From assembly GCA_017398545.1 (NCBI GenBank), contig JAFQFT010000011.1, positions 31,429 through 95,428 on the forward strand: a stretch of DNA of 64,000 nt, written 5' to 3'. This document shows, in pieces, positions 39,937 to 51,190 of the stretch (its first letter is position 1; the number at the start of each line of letters is the position of its first letter). A program made the translations under genes and the position numbers. The DNA comes from Bacilli bacterium. Lineage in GTDB: Bacteria; Bacillota_I; Bacilli_A; ML615J-28; CAG-313. The notes below the pieces were generated by a model. That model was given only the letters and a program-made list of their open reading frames with translations. It made no database searches and had not been told where the DNA came from.

Positions 39937-41022
39937 TTACTTTTGTTCTTCTAATGTTTCTTTTAATACTTTTGGAATATTAATTCCTTGTGGACACTTC
40001 TTAACACATGCACCACATTCAACACATTTTAATGCAGTAGCATCTTTAGGATACTCAGCCTTCATATACCATTCATTATTCAAAACTTTTCCCATTGCGT
40101 GACGATTATAAACTGAGAAATTTTCAGGAATATTTACACCAAATGGACATGGCATACAGTATTTACATCCAGTACAATCTACTTTTTTTGTTTTTAAAAT
40201 ATTTTGTCTAACACTTTCAACTGCATCAGCCATTTCTTTAGTAAATAAAGTTTCTTCTTTAAATGTATTTAAATTATCTTTAACTTGATCTAAACTAGAC
40301 ATACCAGATAATATTATCTTAATATTAGGGAATTGCATCAAAAATCTAAAACAATATGAAGCATTTGATAAATCTTTATTATAATTTATAAATGGTTCAT
40401 TTAGTGGATATGGTATATTTGCAAGCATACCACCTTTGACAGGTTCCATAATTACAACAGGAATATTCTTTTTAGTTAATATTTCGTATCCTTCAAAACC
40501 TGGTTCATGAACCATATCTAAATAGTTAAGTTGAATTTGAACAAAATCAAAATCATATAACTCTAACGCATCAACCAATACTTCTTTAGGAGCATGAATA
40601 GAAAAACCTAAATGCTTAATTCTACCTTCCGCAATTAACTTTTTCATTTCATCAATTACACCTAATTCTTTAATTTTTTTAACTGAATCAGCATTAAGAG
40701 CATGTAATAAATAAAAATCAATATAATCAGTTTGTAATCTTTCACATGATTCATTAAAGAACTTTAAAGCATCTTCTTTAGTTTCCATTCTAAAAACAGG
40801 AAGTTTAGAAGTTAGATAATAACTACTTCTTTCATAATCTTCTAAACACTTAGAAAGAGTCTCTTCAGAATTATTATATACATATGCAGTATCATAATAA
40901 TTAACTCCTTCTTTCATTGCAAGATCAATACATTCTTTAGTTTCCTCATAAGTTTTAGGAAATCTCATACATCCAAAACCAAGTCTACTAACCTTTTTTC
41001 CACAAAATTCATTATAAATCAT
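39937..41022 (-). CDS. Aldo/keto reductase with C-terminal 4Fe-4S domain
   Basis: LGFGCMRFP, DTAYVY, YLLH, CTGCKYCMPCP, CVECGACVKKCP. Confidence 0.92.
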   Translation of the reverse strand: MIYNEFCGKKVSRLGFGCMRFPKTYEETKECIDLAMKEGVNYYDTAYVYNNSEETLSKCLEDYERSSYYLTSKLPVFRMETKEDALKFFNESCERLQTDYIDFYLLHALNADSVKKIKELGVIDEMKKLIAEGRIKHLGFSIHAPKEVLVDALELYDFDFVQIQLNYLDMVHEPGFEGYEILTKKNIPVVIMEPVKGGMLANIPYPLNEPFINYNKDLSNASYCFRFLMQFPNIKIILSGMSSLDQVKDNLNTFKEETLFTKEMADAVESVRQNILKTKKVDCTGCKYCMPCPFGVNIPENFSVYNRHAMGKVLNNEWYMKAEYPKDATALKCVECGACVKKCPQGINIPKVLKETLEEQK

Positions 41023-41137
41023 ATTTTTACCTCACCTTTGTTATATTATATTATAACATATTTTTTTGAAAATGTATAATTTTTAATTAATTGTAAATAC
41101 TAATAATGCGATAAACATTTAGAAAAGGAAACTATTT

Positions 41138-41266
41138 ATGGAAAAAAATAAAAAAAATCCTCCTAAAAATGAAACTCTAGATGAAGATTATTACTATCGC
41201 CATCCAGAGATGATGCGCACAAAACTTGAAAGCGAACCAAAAGAAAAAGATGAAGATAAAGAGTAA
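41138..41266 (+). CDS. Unannotated 42-aa highly charged peptide, possible forespore protein
   Basis: MEKNKKNPPKNETLDEDYYYRHPEMMRTKLESEPKEKDEDKE; RBS AAAGGA; GTATA-17-AATACTA at 41074-41102; ends in a hairpin. Confidence 0.55.
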   Translation: MEKNKKNPPKNETLDEDYYYRHPEMMRTKLESEPKEKDEDKE

Positions 41267-41292
41267 TAACTCTATCTTCATCTTTTTTATTT

Positions 41293-42438
41293 TTATAGTA
41301 ATGATTTATATAACGCAGTAATATCTTCAATACTAGTATCTTTAGGATTACCAGGACGACATGCATCATTATATGCAGATTCTGCTAAGAATGGGATATC
41401 CTCTTCTTTAACAATACCATTTAGTGTAGCAGGAATGCCAACATCATTTGCTAGTTTTTTAACAGCGTTGATTGCAGCAGCACGATATTCTTCTTGAGTC
41501 ATTGCTTCAACCCCTTTAACACCCATTGCTATTGCAATATATTTATATTTATCACCAGTAACAGGAGCATTATATTCCATAACAGTTGGAAGAATAATAG
41601 CATTTGCAATACCATGCGGTGTATCATATAAAGCACCAAGAGGATGAGCCATTGAGTGAACAATACCAAGTCCTACATTAGAGAATCCCATACCAGCAAC
41701 ATATTGACCAAGCGCCATATCAAGACGACCTTCTTTTGTGTTTTCTACAGCACCACGAAGACTTCTTGCAATAATTTCAATTGCTTTTAAATGGAACATA
41801 TCAGAAAGCTCCCAAGCACCTTTAGTAATATACCCTTCAATAGCATGAGTTAATGCATCCATACCAGTAGCAGCAGTTAATCCTTTAGGCATAGTTTCCA
41901 TCATATCAGGATCTACTACAGCAACAACTGGAATATCATGTACATCTACACAAACCATTTTACGATTATTTTCTACATCTGTAATAACATAGTTAATAGT
42001 AACCTCTGCTGCAGTACCAGCAGTAGTAGGAACTGCAATAATTGGAACACATTTATTCTTAGTAGGAGCAACACCTTCTAAACTTCTTACATCAGCAAAT
42101 TCAGGATTCGTAATAATAATACCGATTGCTTTAGCAGTATCGATACTTGATCCACCACCAACAGCAACAATTACTTCTGCACCACTTTGTTTATAAGCTT
42201 CAACACCAGCTTGAACATTCTCAATTGTTGGATTAGGTTTAATATCAGAGAATAATACATACTCTAAATTAGCATTTTCTAAAACATCAAGTACTTTTTT
42301 AGTAACACCAAATTTAATTAAATCAGGATCACTTGCAACAAAAGCTTTTTTAAAGCCTCTTGCTTTCATTTCATCGGCAATAGCATTAATAGCACCACTT
42401 CCATGATATGAAGTTTCATTTAAGACAAATCTATTCAT
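41293..42438 (-). CDS. fucO: Lactaldehyde reductase (iron-containing alcohol dehydrogenase)
   Basis: NRFVLNETSYHG, GGGSSID, PTTAGT, DALTHAIE, HSMAH. Confidence 0.9.
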   Translation of the reverse strand: MNRFVLNETSYHGSGAINAIADEMKARGFKKAFVASDPDLIKFGVTKKVLDVLENANLEYVLFSDIKPNPTIENVQAGVEAYKQSGAEVIVAVGGGSSIDTAKAIGIIITNPEFADVRSLEGVAPTKNKCVPIIAVPTTAGTAAEVTINYVITDVENNRKMVCVDVHDIPVVAVVDPDMMETMPKGLTAATGMDALTHAIEGYITKGAWELSDMFHLKAIEIIARSLRGAVENTKEGRLDMALGQYVAGMGFSNVGLGIVHSMAHPLGALYDTPHGIANAIILPTVMEYNAPVTGDKYKYIAIAMGVKGVEAMTQEEYRAAAINAVKKLANDVGIPATLNGIVKEEDIPFLAESAYNDACRPGNPKDTSIEDITALYKSLL

Positions 42439-42547
42439 AATAAAATTCCTTTCGTATTTATGTTATTATTATACTATTAATATATATAATTTTCAAATAA
42501 ATAAATTATTTTTTAAAGAAAAAACCACCTAAAGGTGGCTTTATACT

Positions 42548-43410
42548 CTAATCAAAACTAACAAGAAATTTATCAAAATAATATATTGAATGTCCAACTT
42601 TAGTAAATGCTTCAGCGCTATACCAATTTGGCATTCTTCTTTTATATTTTTCTAAATTATTATATGCAGCTTCTAAACGTTGTCTTGCTTCGCAATACCA
42701 TCTTCTAATTGATCTCTATTCTTAATAGAATACTTAATATTCTTTACACGACGCAATTTAATCATTAATGATATGAATAATGCAACAGGACCTAAGAATA
42801 CAAATAATAAAGTAAATGGGAATACAGCATCATACATAACTGCAGGTAGGTCATACATAGCAAGTAATTCTTCATATGTCATTGTACTTCCTTCTTCTGA
42901 ATAGAAAAGGAAAGTTAAGAATGGATCTTTAAATTTAATAATTACTAAAACTGAAGCTACGATAGCAAATATACCAAATAATAATAAAATTATTGATGCG
43001 ATAGGTGTTTTTCTAATGTTTAAATATTCTTCATATTTACTAGCTTCTTTTAAATCGGCTTGAGCCATATGAACTTTATCTACAGCATCGTAATATTTTT
43101 CCTTCCAAGATTCAAATTCACGAAGTTCATCATAAGATAAGCTAGAAGTAACTTTTCCTTCAATTTTATAATATGTTGTGCGATCAGTTTCCTTTGAAGA
43201 TCCATCTGAATAAGTTGTAGTTTCAACTTTATCAAAAGTACTGCATCTAATGTCTGAAAAATCATTCCATCCTTTTTCATAAAGTAAATTTAAAACTTCA
43301 ACAACATCATCAAAATTCTTATAACTCATTGTAATATTTAAAGGATTATCAGTCAAAGGAGACATTGAGGATAGTTCTCTTCTTACATCAGCAATTCCAT
43401 CTAATTTCCT
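42548..43410 (-). pseudogene. Membrane protein gene with apparent start-codon loss and 3' frameshift
   Basis: AAGGAGG RBS followed by in-frame AGG at the start-codon position (43408-43410); after ~42690 another frame reads ARQRLEAAYNNLEKYKRRMP...FD*. Confidence 0.55.
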
Positions 43411-43550
43411 TTTTTTTCCTCCTTTAATAGAAAAATATTTTATTTTCTATTATTTATATTATCACACTTTTTTTACACATTGTCAACTAATTGTGTAATA
43501 TAGTCTAAAAACAAAAAAATATATGCAAGAATTTGCATATATTTTATTTG

Positions 43551-44657
43551 TTATCTAAATCGATTTTGTAACCAGCTAGGAACTTTAGTTTCACTACGAT
43601 CTGGTTCTTTTTCATTTGTAGCACCGCCTGAAACTTGAGGTTCAGGTTCTTTAGGAGCTTTTGGTGGTTGTACATAGTTAGGATTTTCGTCTCCTTCTTT
43701 TTTAGGTTTATCAAAACCTGTTGCAATAACAGTTACAATAACTTCACCATTTAAATCTAGATTAAATCCTGTACCATTAATGATTTCAATTTCTGATGAA
43801 GATGCATTTCTAATTTCTGCAACTATTTCTTCAATTTCACGCATTGTGATATCTTCATTACTTGTGATTTGAACAATTGCATCAGTAGCACCATTAATAT
43901 CAATTTCAAGTAATGGACTTTGAATAGCTTCACGTGCTGCTTCAATTGCACGATTTGGACCACTTGCAATACCAATACCCATTAATGCAGTACCTTTATT
44001 TTTAAGAACAGTACGTACATCAGCAAAGTCAACATTAACTAAACCAGGTAAATTGATAATATCAGAAATACCTTGAACACCACGTCTTAATACATTATCA
44101 GCTTCACTAAATGCTTCAAGATAAGTAGTATTAGTACCAATAATTTCTAATAATTTATCGTTAGGAATTATTACTAATGTATCTACATATGGTTTCATTT
44201 CTTCAATACCATTAATAGCTTGTTGCATTCTTCTACGACCTTCAAAACCAAATGGTTTTGTTACAATACCAACAACTAAAGCACCATTTTCTTTAGCACA
44301 TTTAGCAACAATTGGAGCAGCACCAGTACCAGTTCCACCACCCATACCAGCAGTAATAAATACTAAATCAGCACCTTCAATTGCAGCCTTAATTTCTTCA
44401 ATGTTTTCTAAAGCAGCTTCTTTACCAATTTCAGGATCCGCACCAGCACCTAAACCTTTAGTAAGTTTACGACCAATTTGAATTCTATTTTCAGCCTTTG
44501 ATAAACGAAGAACTTGGCAATCGGTATTAATAACGATATATTCAACATCTTTTAAGTCATTTTCGATCATTCTGTTTACGGCATTCCCACCGCCACCACC
44601 AACACCGACAACTTTAATTACGGGTTTGGCACTAAACATTTCTTCATGTTGATCCAT
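43551..44657 (-). CDS. ftsZ: Cell division protein FtsZ
   Basis: [29 protein letters not shown]-terminal VPSWLQ. Confidence 0.97.
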   Translation of the reverse strand: MDQHEEMFSAKPVIKVVGVGGGGGNAVNRMIENDLKDVEYIVINTDCQVLRLSKAENRIQIGRKLTKGLGAGADPEIGKEAALENIEEIKAAIEGADLVFITAGMGGGTGTGAAPIVAKCAKENGALVVGIVTKPFGFEGRRRMQQAINGIEEMKPYVDTLVIIPNDKLLEIIGTNTTYLEAFSEADNVLRRGVQGISDIINLPGLVNVDFADVRTVLKNKGTALMGIGIASGPNRAIEAAREAIQSPLLEIDINGATDAIVQITSNEDITMREIEEIVAEIRNASSSEIEIINGTGFNLDLNGEVIVTVIATGFDKPKKEGDENPNYVQPPKAPKEPEPQVSGGATNEKEPDRSETKVPSWLQNRFR

Positions 44658-44702
44658 GTTATGACCTCCTTAATTTATTATTTATTAATTTATAATTAAT
44701 TC

Positions 44703-45920
44703 TTATTTTTCTTCTAATTCAATTTTCCCTACTCTAATACAATCACGAGCAATCATTAATTCTTCATTTGTAGGAACAACTAGAACTTTAACTTTTGAAT
44801 TAGGTGTACTAATTTCTAATTCTTCACCCTTAATTTCATTTACTTTTTCATCAATTTCAATTTGTAATGCTTCTTTAATTCTGTCAATTACATGTAAACG
44901 ACATTCAGGAGATTTTTCACCAATACCAGCAGTGAAGATAATAGCATCAACTCCACCCATATATACAAAGTATTGACCAATATAATCAGCAATACTCTTT
45001 TCTTGCATTCTTAAAATTAAATCTGCTTTATAATCACCTTCTGCTTGTAAAGCTCTTACTTCACGAGCATCACTATGACCACCTGTGAATCCATAGAAAC
45101 CAGATTTTTTATTTAAGATATCTACAATTCTATTAGAAGTAAAACCTTCATGATTTGAAATAAATTGGATAACTGCTGGATCTAAAGTACCACTTCTTGT
45201 ACCCATTACTAAACCATCAAGTGGTGTAAGACCCATTGAAGTATCAACAACTTTACCATATTTAATAGCAGCAAGAGATGCACCATTACCAATGTGACAA
45301 GTAATAATTCTTATATCTTCAAGTGGTTTACCTAAAATTTCAGCAGTTCTATATGCAACATATTTATGAGATGTTCCGTGGAAACCATATTTACGAACAC
45401 CATATTTTTCATACCATTCATAAGGGCAAGCATACATATATGCTTCATCAGGCATAGTTAAATGGAATGATGTATCAAATACAGCAACATTAACTACATC
45501 AGGTAATGCTTTCATAAAGGCACGAACACCTGTTAAGTTAGCAGGATTGTGTAGTGGACCCAAGTCATTAACTGATTCAACAACTGCAATTGATTCATCA
45601 TTCATAATAACTGAATCAGCATACTTTTCACCACAGTGTAAAACACGGTGTCCAACACCTTTAATTTCATTTAAATCTTTAACAATTCCTTTTTCAACTA
45701 AAACTTTTAATAACATAGCAACACTGTCACCATGATTTTTAACTTCAGGAACTAATTTAGTATCTTTTTTACCATCATATTTAATAGTAAAGATTGGTTC
45801 AGGTTGACCAATTTTTTCAAAAATCCCTTCTGTTAAAACAACTTCACTTGTTTTAGTCATTTCTAATAATTGAAACTTTAAAGATGAACTTCCAGCATTA
45901 ACTGCCATAATTTTACTCAT
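44703..45920 (-). CDS. ackA: Acetate kinase
   Basis: NAGSSSLK, GHRV, PLHNP, YGFHGTSH, MGTRSG, TNEE. Confidence 0.97.
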   Translation of the reverse strand: MSKIMAVNAGSSSLKFQLLEMTKTSEVVLTEGIFEKIGQPEPIFTIKYDGKKDTKLVPEVKNHGDSVAMLLKVLVEKGIVKDLNEIKGVGHRVLHCGEKYADSVIMNDESIAVVESVNDLGPLHNPANLTGVRAFMKALPDVVNVAVFDTSFHLTMPDEAYMYACPYEWYEKYGVRKYGFHGTSHKYVAYRTAEILGKPLEDIRIITCHIGNGASLAAIKYGKVVDTSMGLTPLDGLVMGTRSGTLDPAVIQFISNHEGFTSNRIVDILNKKSGFYGFTGGHSDAREVRALQAEGDYKADLILRMQEKSIADYIGQYFVYMGGVDAIIFTAGIGEKSPECRLHVIDRIKEALQIEIDEKVNEIKGEELEISTPNSKVKVLVVPTNEELMIARDCIRVGKIELEEK

Positions 45921-46097
45921 TTTTCAAATCCTCCAATGTATTTTATTTTGATAATTTAAAGTATATTTATTATATCATATTTTTAATTTATTTTCAAAAG
46001 ATATGTAAGTTTTTATTTTTTACTTATTTTTTAAGAGTTTTATTCTTGAATAAACCTAAAAAATTAAATATAATACATATTATATAAGGAGATAGCT

Positions 46098-47831
46098 ATG
46101 CTTAAAAAATTTTGTAAATACTATAAACCACATATGCCACTATTTATATTTGATATGTTTTGTGCATTACTTGTTGCATTATGTAATTTAGTTTACCCAT
46201 ATATAACCCAAGATATTATTAAAGATTATGCACCAAACAAAAATCTAAATGCACTAATTATTTCAGGAGCAATTTTACTTGGAATATATATCCTAAAAGC
46301 AATTTTAAACTATATTATTCAAAACTATGGACACTGGCTAGGTGTATATATCCAAGCAGATATGCGTGCTGAACTATTTAAAAAATTACAACAACTTCCA
46401 TTTTCTTATTTTGATGACAATAAAACAGGAACTATAATGTCAAGAATAGTTAATGACCTACAAGAAATAACTGAACTTGCACACCATGGACCTGAAGATA
46501 TCTTCTTATCTTTTGTTACATTAATAGGTGCAGGAATTCTAATGTGTTTAAGAGTAGATCCATTACTTACACTTGTTATATTTGCAGCAGTTCCATTTAT
46601 TGTATTATTTGCTGCTATAAGAAGAAAACATATGACAACAGCTTGGAAGCAAACACGTATTGAAACAGGAGAAATCAACGCAAGCGTAGAATCAAGTATT
46701 TCAGGAATTAGGGTATCAAAAGCATATACCGCAATGAATCATGAAATAGAAAAGTTTGAAAAAGCAAACGTTAAATATCAAGCTGCAAGAAAAAAAGCAT
46801 ACCATCAAATGGGTGTCTTTGGTAGTGGAATGGCATTCTTCAATGACTTCTTATATCTACTTGCACTTGTAGCAGGAAGCATCTTCTGGTATTATGGTAG
46901 AATTAATGCTGATGGATTTGCTGCAGCAATTCTATATATCACAATGATTATTAATCCAATAAGAACTCTAGTTGCTATATTTGAACAAATTCAAAATGGT
47001 ATGACAGGTTTTTCAAGATTCCAAGAAATCTTAAATTTAGAGAATGAATTAGAACCTACAAACCCTATTATTTTAGATGATTTTAAAGAAGAAATTAAAT
47101 ACAACGACGTATCTTTTAAATATAATGTTAAAGATGATACTGAAGAAAAACTAATTTTAAAAAATCTTTCACTTACAATAAAAAAAGGCGAGACTATTGC
47201 ACTAGTTGGTCCTACAGGTGGAGGTAAAACAACAATTTGTCACTTACTTCCAAGATTTTATGAAATCTTAGATGGATCAATTACAATTGATGGAACAGAT
47301 ATAAGAGAATTCTCTTTATCATCACTTAGAACAAAAATAGGAATCGTTGCACAAGACGTATTCTTATTTGGTGGAACAATTAAAGAAAATATTGCTTATG
47401 GTAATCTTGACGCAACAGATGAAGAAATTATCGAAGCAGCACGCCTTGCTAATATTCATGACTTCGTTATGACACTAGAAGATGGTTACAATACTTATGT
47501 TGGAGAACGTGGTGTAAAACTATCCGGTGGTCAAAAACAAAGAGTATCAATCGCAAGAGCATTCTTAAAAAATCCACCTATTCTAATTCTTGATGAAGCA
47601 ACATCAGCACTAGATAACGTTACAGAAATGCAAATTCAACAAGCACTAGAACGCTTAAGTAGTGGTAGAACAACAATAGTTGTAGCACACAGACTTTCAA
47701 CAGTTAAAAATGCAGATAAAATAGTTGTAATCACAAGTGAAGGTATAATTGAAGAAGGTACTCATGAAGAACTAATTGCTAAAAAAGGTATTTATGAAAA
47801 CCTATATCAATATCAATTTAAAAATCTATAA
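46098..47831 (+). CDS. ABC exporter, fused TMD-NBD
   Basis: GPTGGGKT, LSGGQKQR, ILDEATSALD; terminator ~47834-47875. Confidence 0.93.
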   Translation: MLKKFCKYYKPHMPLFIFDMFCALLVALCNLVYPYITQDIIKDYAPNKNLNALIISGAILLGIYILKAILNYIIQNYGHWLGVYIQADMRAELFKKLQQLPFSYFDDNKTGTIMSRIVNDLQEITELAHHGPEDIFLSFVTLIGAGILMCLRVDPLLTLVIFAAVPFIVLFAAIRRKHMTTAWKQTRIETGEINASVESSISGIRVSKAYTAMNHEIEKFEKANVKYQAARKKAYHQMGVFGSGMAFFNDFLYLLALVAGSIFWYYGRINADGFAAAILYITMIINPIRTLVAIFEQIQNGMTGFSRFQEILNLENELEPTNPIILDDFKEEIKYNDVSFKYNVKDDTEEKLILKNLSLTIKKGETIALVGPTGGGKTTICHLLPRFYEILDGSITIDGTDIREFSLSSLRTKIGIVAQDVFLFGGTIKENIAYGNLDATDEEIIEAARLANIHDFVMTLEDGYNTYVGERGVKLSGGQKQRVSIARAFLKNPPILILDEATSALDNVTEMQIQQALERLSSGRTTIVVAHRLSTVKNADKIVVITSEGIIEEGTHEELIAKKGIYENLYQYQFKNL

Positions 47832-47879
47832 GAAAAACAAGACTTCTACAGTTTTTTGTAGAAGTCTTGTTTTTATATT

Positions 47880-48599
47880 TTAATTAACATTAATTAATAT
47901 CAAAGAAACATTCAAAGTTATACTTTTTGGTATAACAATAAAATAAACATAAGTACTAAACTTATTTTCCAGAATTTCTGGACTTGTTGAAATATTTGAA
48001 TAATTACGCTTTAAATTAAATTCCAAAACACTTCCAACTTTATTATAATTAGAAATTAAAACTTCATCATAAAAATATGTTATATTATCATTTTTTTGGA
48101 TTGAAAAAACCCCTAAATCATACAGTTCAAAAAATTTTAAATCAAAAATATCTAACAAATTTTTTTCACAATCATTAATATTAGAAATTAAATGATATTG
48201 CTCATAATTTTTTAAGAATGCTACTAAATCTGAATGCTCTTTAAGATAGTTTTCATGATGGTTAAGTTTATTAATTTTCAAAATTTTTGATGATATACTA
48301 GGTTTTTCAAGAATATTAGAATTATCTTTTAATGTTTTAACATAAATTGTCATATCTGTATATATTTTATTATTATTATATATATTTTCATACATTTCAT
48401 CATAATACAATTCTATATCTTCTTTCATGTTTTTAAGAGGAATTATATCTTTATTTATTGAAGTGCCTTTTTCAATTTCAACTATATAAGATTCATCTTC
48501 AAAAATAAACTTAACTTTTATCTTATCTTGACTTTTGCTGCATCCAACAAAACACATCATAAACATCAAGCACATAAATATCGTTAATATTTTTTTCAT
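47880..48599 (-). CDS. Hypothetical lipoprotein
   Basis: ATG 48599 behind AGGAGG; lipobox FVGC; promoter TTGAAG-17-TATAAT upstream. Confidence 0.75.
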   Translation of the reverse strand: MKKILTIFMCLMFMMCFVGCSKSQDKIKVKFIFEDESYIVEIEKGTSINKDIIPLKNMKEDIELYYDEMYENIYNNNKIYTDMTIYVKTLKDNSNILEKPSISSKILKINKLNHHENYLKEHSDLVAFLKNYEQYHLISNINDCEKNLLDIFDLKFFELYDLGVFSIQKNDNITYFYDEVLISNYNKVGSVLEFNLKRNYSNISTSPEILENKFSTYVYFIVIPKSITLNVSLILINVN

Positions 48600-48724
48600 T
48601 TTATACCTCCTCACATAAACATCAAGTATACTATCTGTAAAATGTTACAGCAATATACTATTCACTATAAATTATACGTCATAGTATGTTTTTCTTCAAT
48701 TAAAAAGAGAATAATTTTATTATT

Positions 48725-49243
48725 TTAGTTTACTTTATGTTCAAATATTACATTTAATGACAAATCAAACACTATAATAGCATATTCACTTATTACCGCA
48801 AAACTACCACGTGTATAGTCCCTTGGTCTACCAATTGATCCTGGATTTAAATATATTACATCATCTACTATTTTTAATCTAGATACATGTGTATGACCGC
48901 TTGCATAAAGTTTAACACTACTGTTATTTCTTAACCTTAAATGCCCATGATGAAAATAACATCTCATTCCGTTAATTACTGTTTCATAATAATTAATTAA
49001 TCCTACTGGAAGAAGAGACTCATCAAAACTAGTATCATTATTTCCCCTAATAATTGTTACTTTATCTGCAATATTCCATATCATATTACTAATATCTTTT
49101 GAGGATGTATTTAATTCATAATAATTATTAAATATATCACCTAAAATAATCATTTTATCAATTTCTTCTGTTTTCATAAAATCGATTGCTATTTTAAATT
49201 TTTCACTATTTCCGTGAATATCAGATACAACCATTACTTTCAT
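48725..49243 (-). CDS. YfcE-family metallophosphoesterase
   Basis: SDIHG, LGD, RGNND, HGH, GHTH, NPGS. Confidence 0.9.
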   Translation of the reverse strand: MKVMVVSDIHGNSEKFKIAIDFMKTEEIDKMIILGDIFNNYYELNTSSKDISNMIWNIADKVTIIRGNNDTSFDESLLPVGLINYYETVINGMRCYFHHGHLRLRNNSSVKLYASGHTHVSRLKIVDDVIYLNPGSIGRPRDYTRGSFAVISEYAIIVFDLSLNVIFEHKVN

Positions 49244-49293
49244 TATATCACCCAAATTCATTATAACACAAAATAGGGCATATAGCCCTATTT

Positions 49294-49851
49294 TTAATAA
49301 CCCATTTTACGATAATGTTCTAATAATTCTTTAAATCTTTCATAATGAACTACTTCGCGTTGTCTTAAGAATAATAATGGTTGAATAACTTCTTGATTAT
49401 CAGTTAATAAAATTAAGTGTTCATATACTGCACGCGCTTTTTGTTCTGCTGCCATATCTTCTACAATATTTGCGATTGGATCTCCTACTGATGAAATATA
49501 ATCAGTAGTAAAACTAATTGCTTCATTGTTTGCTGGGAAGATATCTTTTCCGTGTTCAGTAAACCAACCATCTAATCCTTCTTTTTTAAGTTCATCAATT
49601 GTTGCATCTTTCATTAGTAAGTAAATCATTGTTTGAAGCATTTCTACATGAGCAAGTTCTTCAGTTCCAATATCATTTAAAACTGCACGCCCCATATCAT
49701 CAGGCATAGTAATTCTTTGATTAAGATATCTTAGTGCTGCACCAAGTTCTCCTTGAGGACCACCATATTGGCTAAGTAAATTTTTTGCCATTTTTAAGTC
49801 TTTCTTAGTAATATTAAGTGGGTACTGCATTAATTTATTATACTGCCACAT
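49294..49851 (-). CDS. cotJC: Spore coat manganese catalase CotJC
   Basis: MWQYNK..QYP, QYGGPQGELGAALRY, DIGTEELAH, DMAAEQKAR, REVVH; TAATG overlap with cotJB. Confidence 0.92.
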   Translation of the reverse strand: MWQYNKLMQYPLNITKKDLKMAKNLLSQYGGPQGELGAALRYLNQRITMPDDMGRAVLNDIGTEELAHVEMLQTMIYLLMKDATIDELKKEGLDGWFTEHGKDIFPANNEAISFTTDYISSVGDPIANIVEDMAAEQKARAVYEHLILLTDNQEVIQPLLFLRQREVVHYERFKELLEHYRKMGY

Positions 49852-50228
49852 TAGTTTTTCGCCTCCCAAGGAAAACAATTAGGCCATGTCCATACTTTAT
49901 CAGTATTAGGTGTAGTAATATTTAACATTTTATTACTATTTTCCATTTTCTTTACAATTTCATTGTATTTAGCTACATATTGATCATAAAGTATTTTCAC
50001 ATTAGCTTCGTTTGGATGTGTATCTAAATATAGTCCTAAATCAACAATTGCAAATGCATATGCTCTTAAAGCATTTTCATCAGTATAAGGTAATTCTCTT
50101 GGAACGTAATTACCAAAATTATCATATAAGCCTTGACTCATATTACCTTTTGATAATCCTTGTAACGCAACATAAAATCTTGTATCGCGACTACCATAAT
50201 TATCAAAATAATTATAATGATTAAACAT
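49851..50228 (-). CDS. cotJB: Spore coat protein CotJB with CotJA-like N-terminal part
   Basis: FAIVDLGLYLDTHP...WTW...PWE; upstream CATATACT -10 of mother-cell type. Confidence 0.85.
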   Translation of the reverse strand: MFNHYNYFDNYGSRDTRFYVALQGLSKGNMSQGLYDNFGNYVPRELPYTDENALRAYAFAIVDLGLYLDTHPNEANVKILYDQYVAKYNEIVKKMENSNKMLNITTPNTDKVWTWPNCFPWEAKN

Positions 50229-50287
50229 AGCATAACCTCCTTCATAAGTAGTATATGAAAATATACAACTTATGAATGTTTTTTTAC

Positions 50288-51190
50288 CTATTCAATAATC
50301 ACCCATTCAGGTTCTAATAAAATATGATGTTTTTTCAACACTTCATCTTGAATAGTAGTTATTAATGTTTTCATATCGTTAAATGTTGCATTCTTTTTAT
50401 TAATTAAGAAATTTGCATGAACAGTGCTTACCAAAGCATCTTCTACACTTATATTTCCAACTGTATCTTTAATTAACTTCCACGCACTATTATTTGGTGG
50501 ATTTTTAAATGTACTGCCTGCATTATAAGTATTAAGTGGTTGAGTAAGTTTTTTCTTTTCTAAATAATTATTATAAATATTAATAGATGTTATATCGTAC
50601 TTTAAATTAATAGTGCAGGATAAGATAATAACATGTCTTTTCATAAATGGTGACTTACGATAAGAGAACCCTTTGATTTTAATATTTTTCATTTCACATA
50701 CTTTACCAAACTCATCTAAATATGTAATACTCTCTAATACATCACTAACTTGTTTACCCCAAGCACCTGCATTCATATATATCATTCCACCAATAGTACC
50801 AGGAATTCCAGCTAAAAATTCTAATCCACTTAAAGATAAATCTGACATCTTTTTAGATATTATATTTCCCATAACACCAGTTTCCAAGACAAGAGTAGTT
50901 TCATTTAACATTATTTTATTTAAATTTTTCAAACATATAAATATCTTTGAATGATACTCATCGCTAATTAATAAATTAGATCCATTACCAATAACAATAT
51001 AATCTAGTTTATTTGTTAAAATAAATTTATACGCTTTAATTAAACTACCAATACTATTAGGCTTATATAAGATATAACACTTACCACCAATTTTTAATGT
51101 ACAATATTTTTTTAACGATTCATCTTTAAAAACACTACCTAACTTATTATGTTTTACATATTCATAGAAATCTAAATACTCTTTACTCAA
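50288..51190 (-). CDS. murB: UDP-N-acetylmuramate dehydrogenase
   Basis: IGNGSNLL, GIPGTIGG, MNAGA, FSYRKS, AGSTFKNP, HANF; TTG start. Confidence 0.93.
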   Translation of the reverse strand: MSKEYLDFYEYVKHNKLGSVFKDESLKKYCTLKIGGKCYILYKPNSIGSLIKAYKFILTNKLDYIVIGNGSNLLISDEYHSKIFICLKNLNKIMLNETTLVLETGVMGNIISKKMSDLSLSGLEFLAGIPGTIGGMIYMNAGAWGKQVSDVLESITYLDEFGKVCEMKNIKIKGFSYRKSPFMKRHVIILSCTINLKYDITSINIYNNYLEKKKLTQPLNTYNAGSTFKNPPNNSAWKLIKDTVGNISVEDALVSTVHANFLINKKNATFNDMKTLITTIQDEVLKKHHILLEPEWVIIE

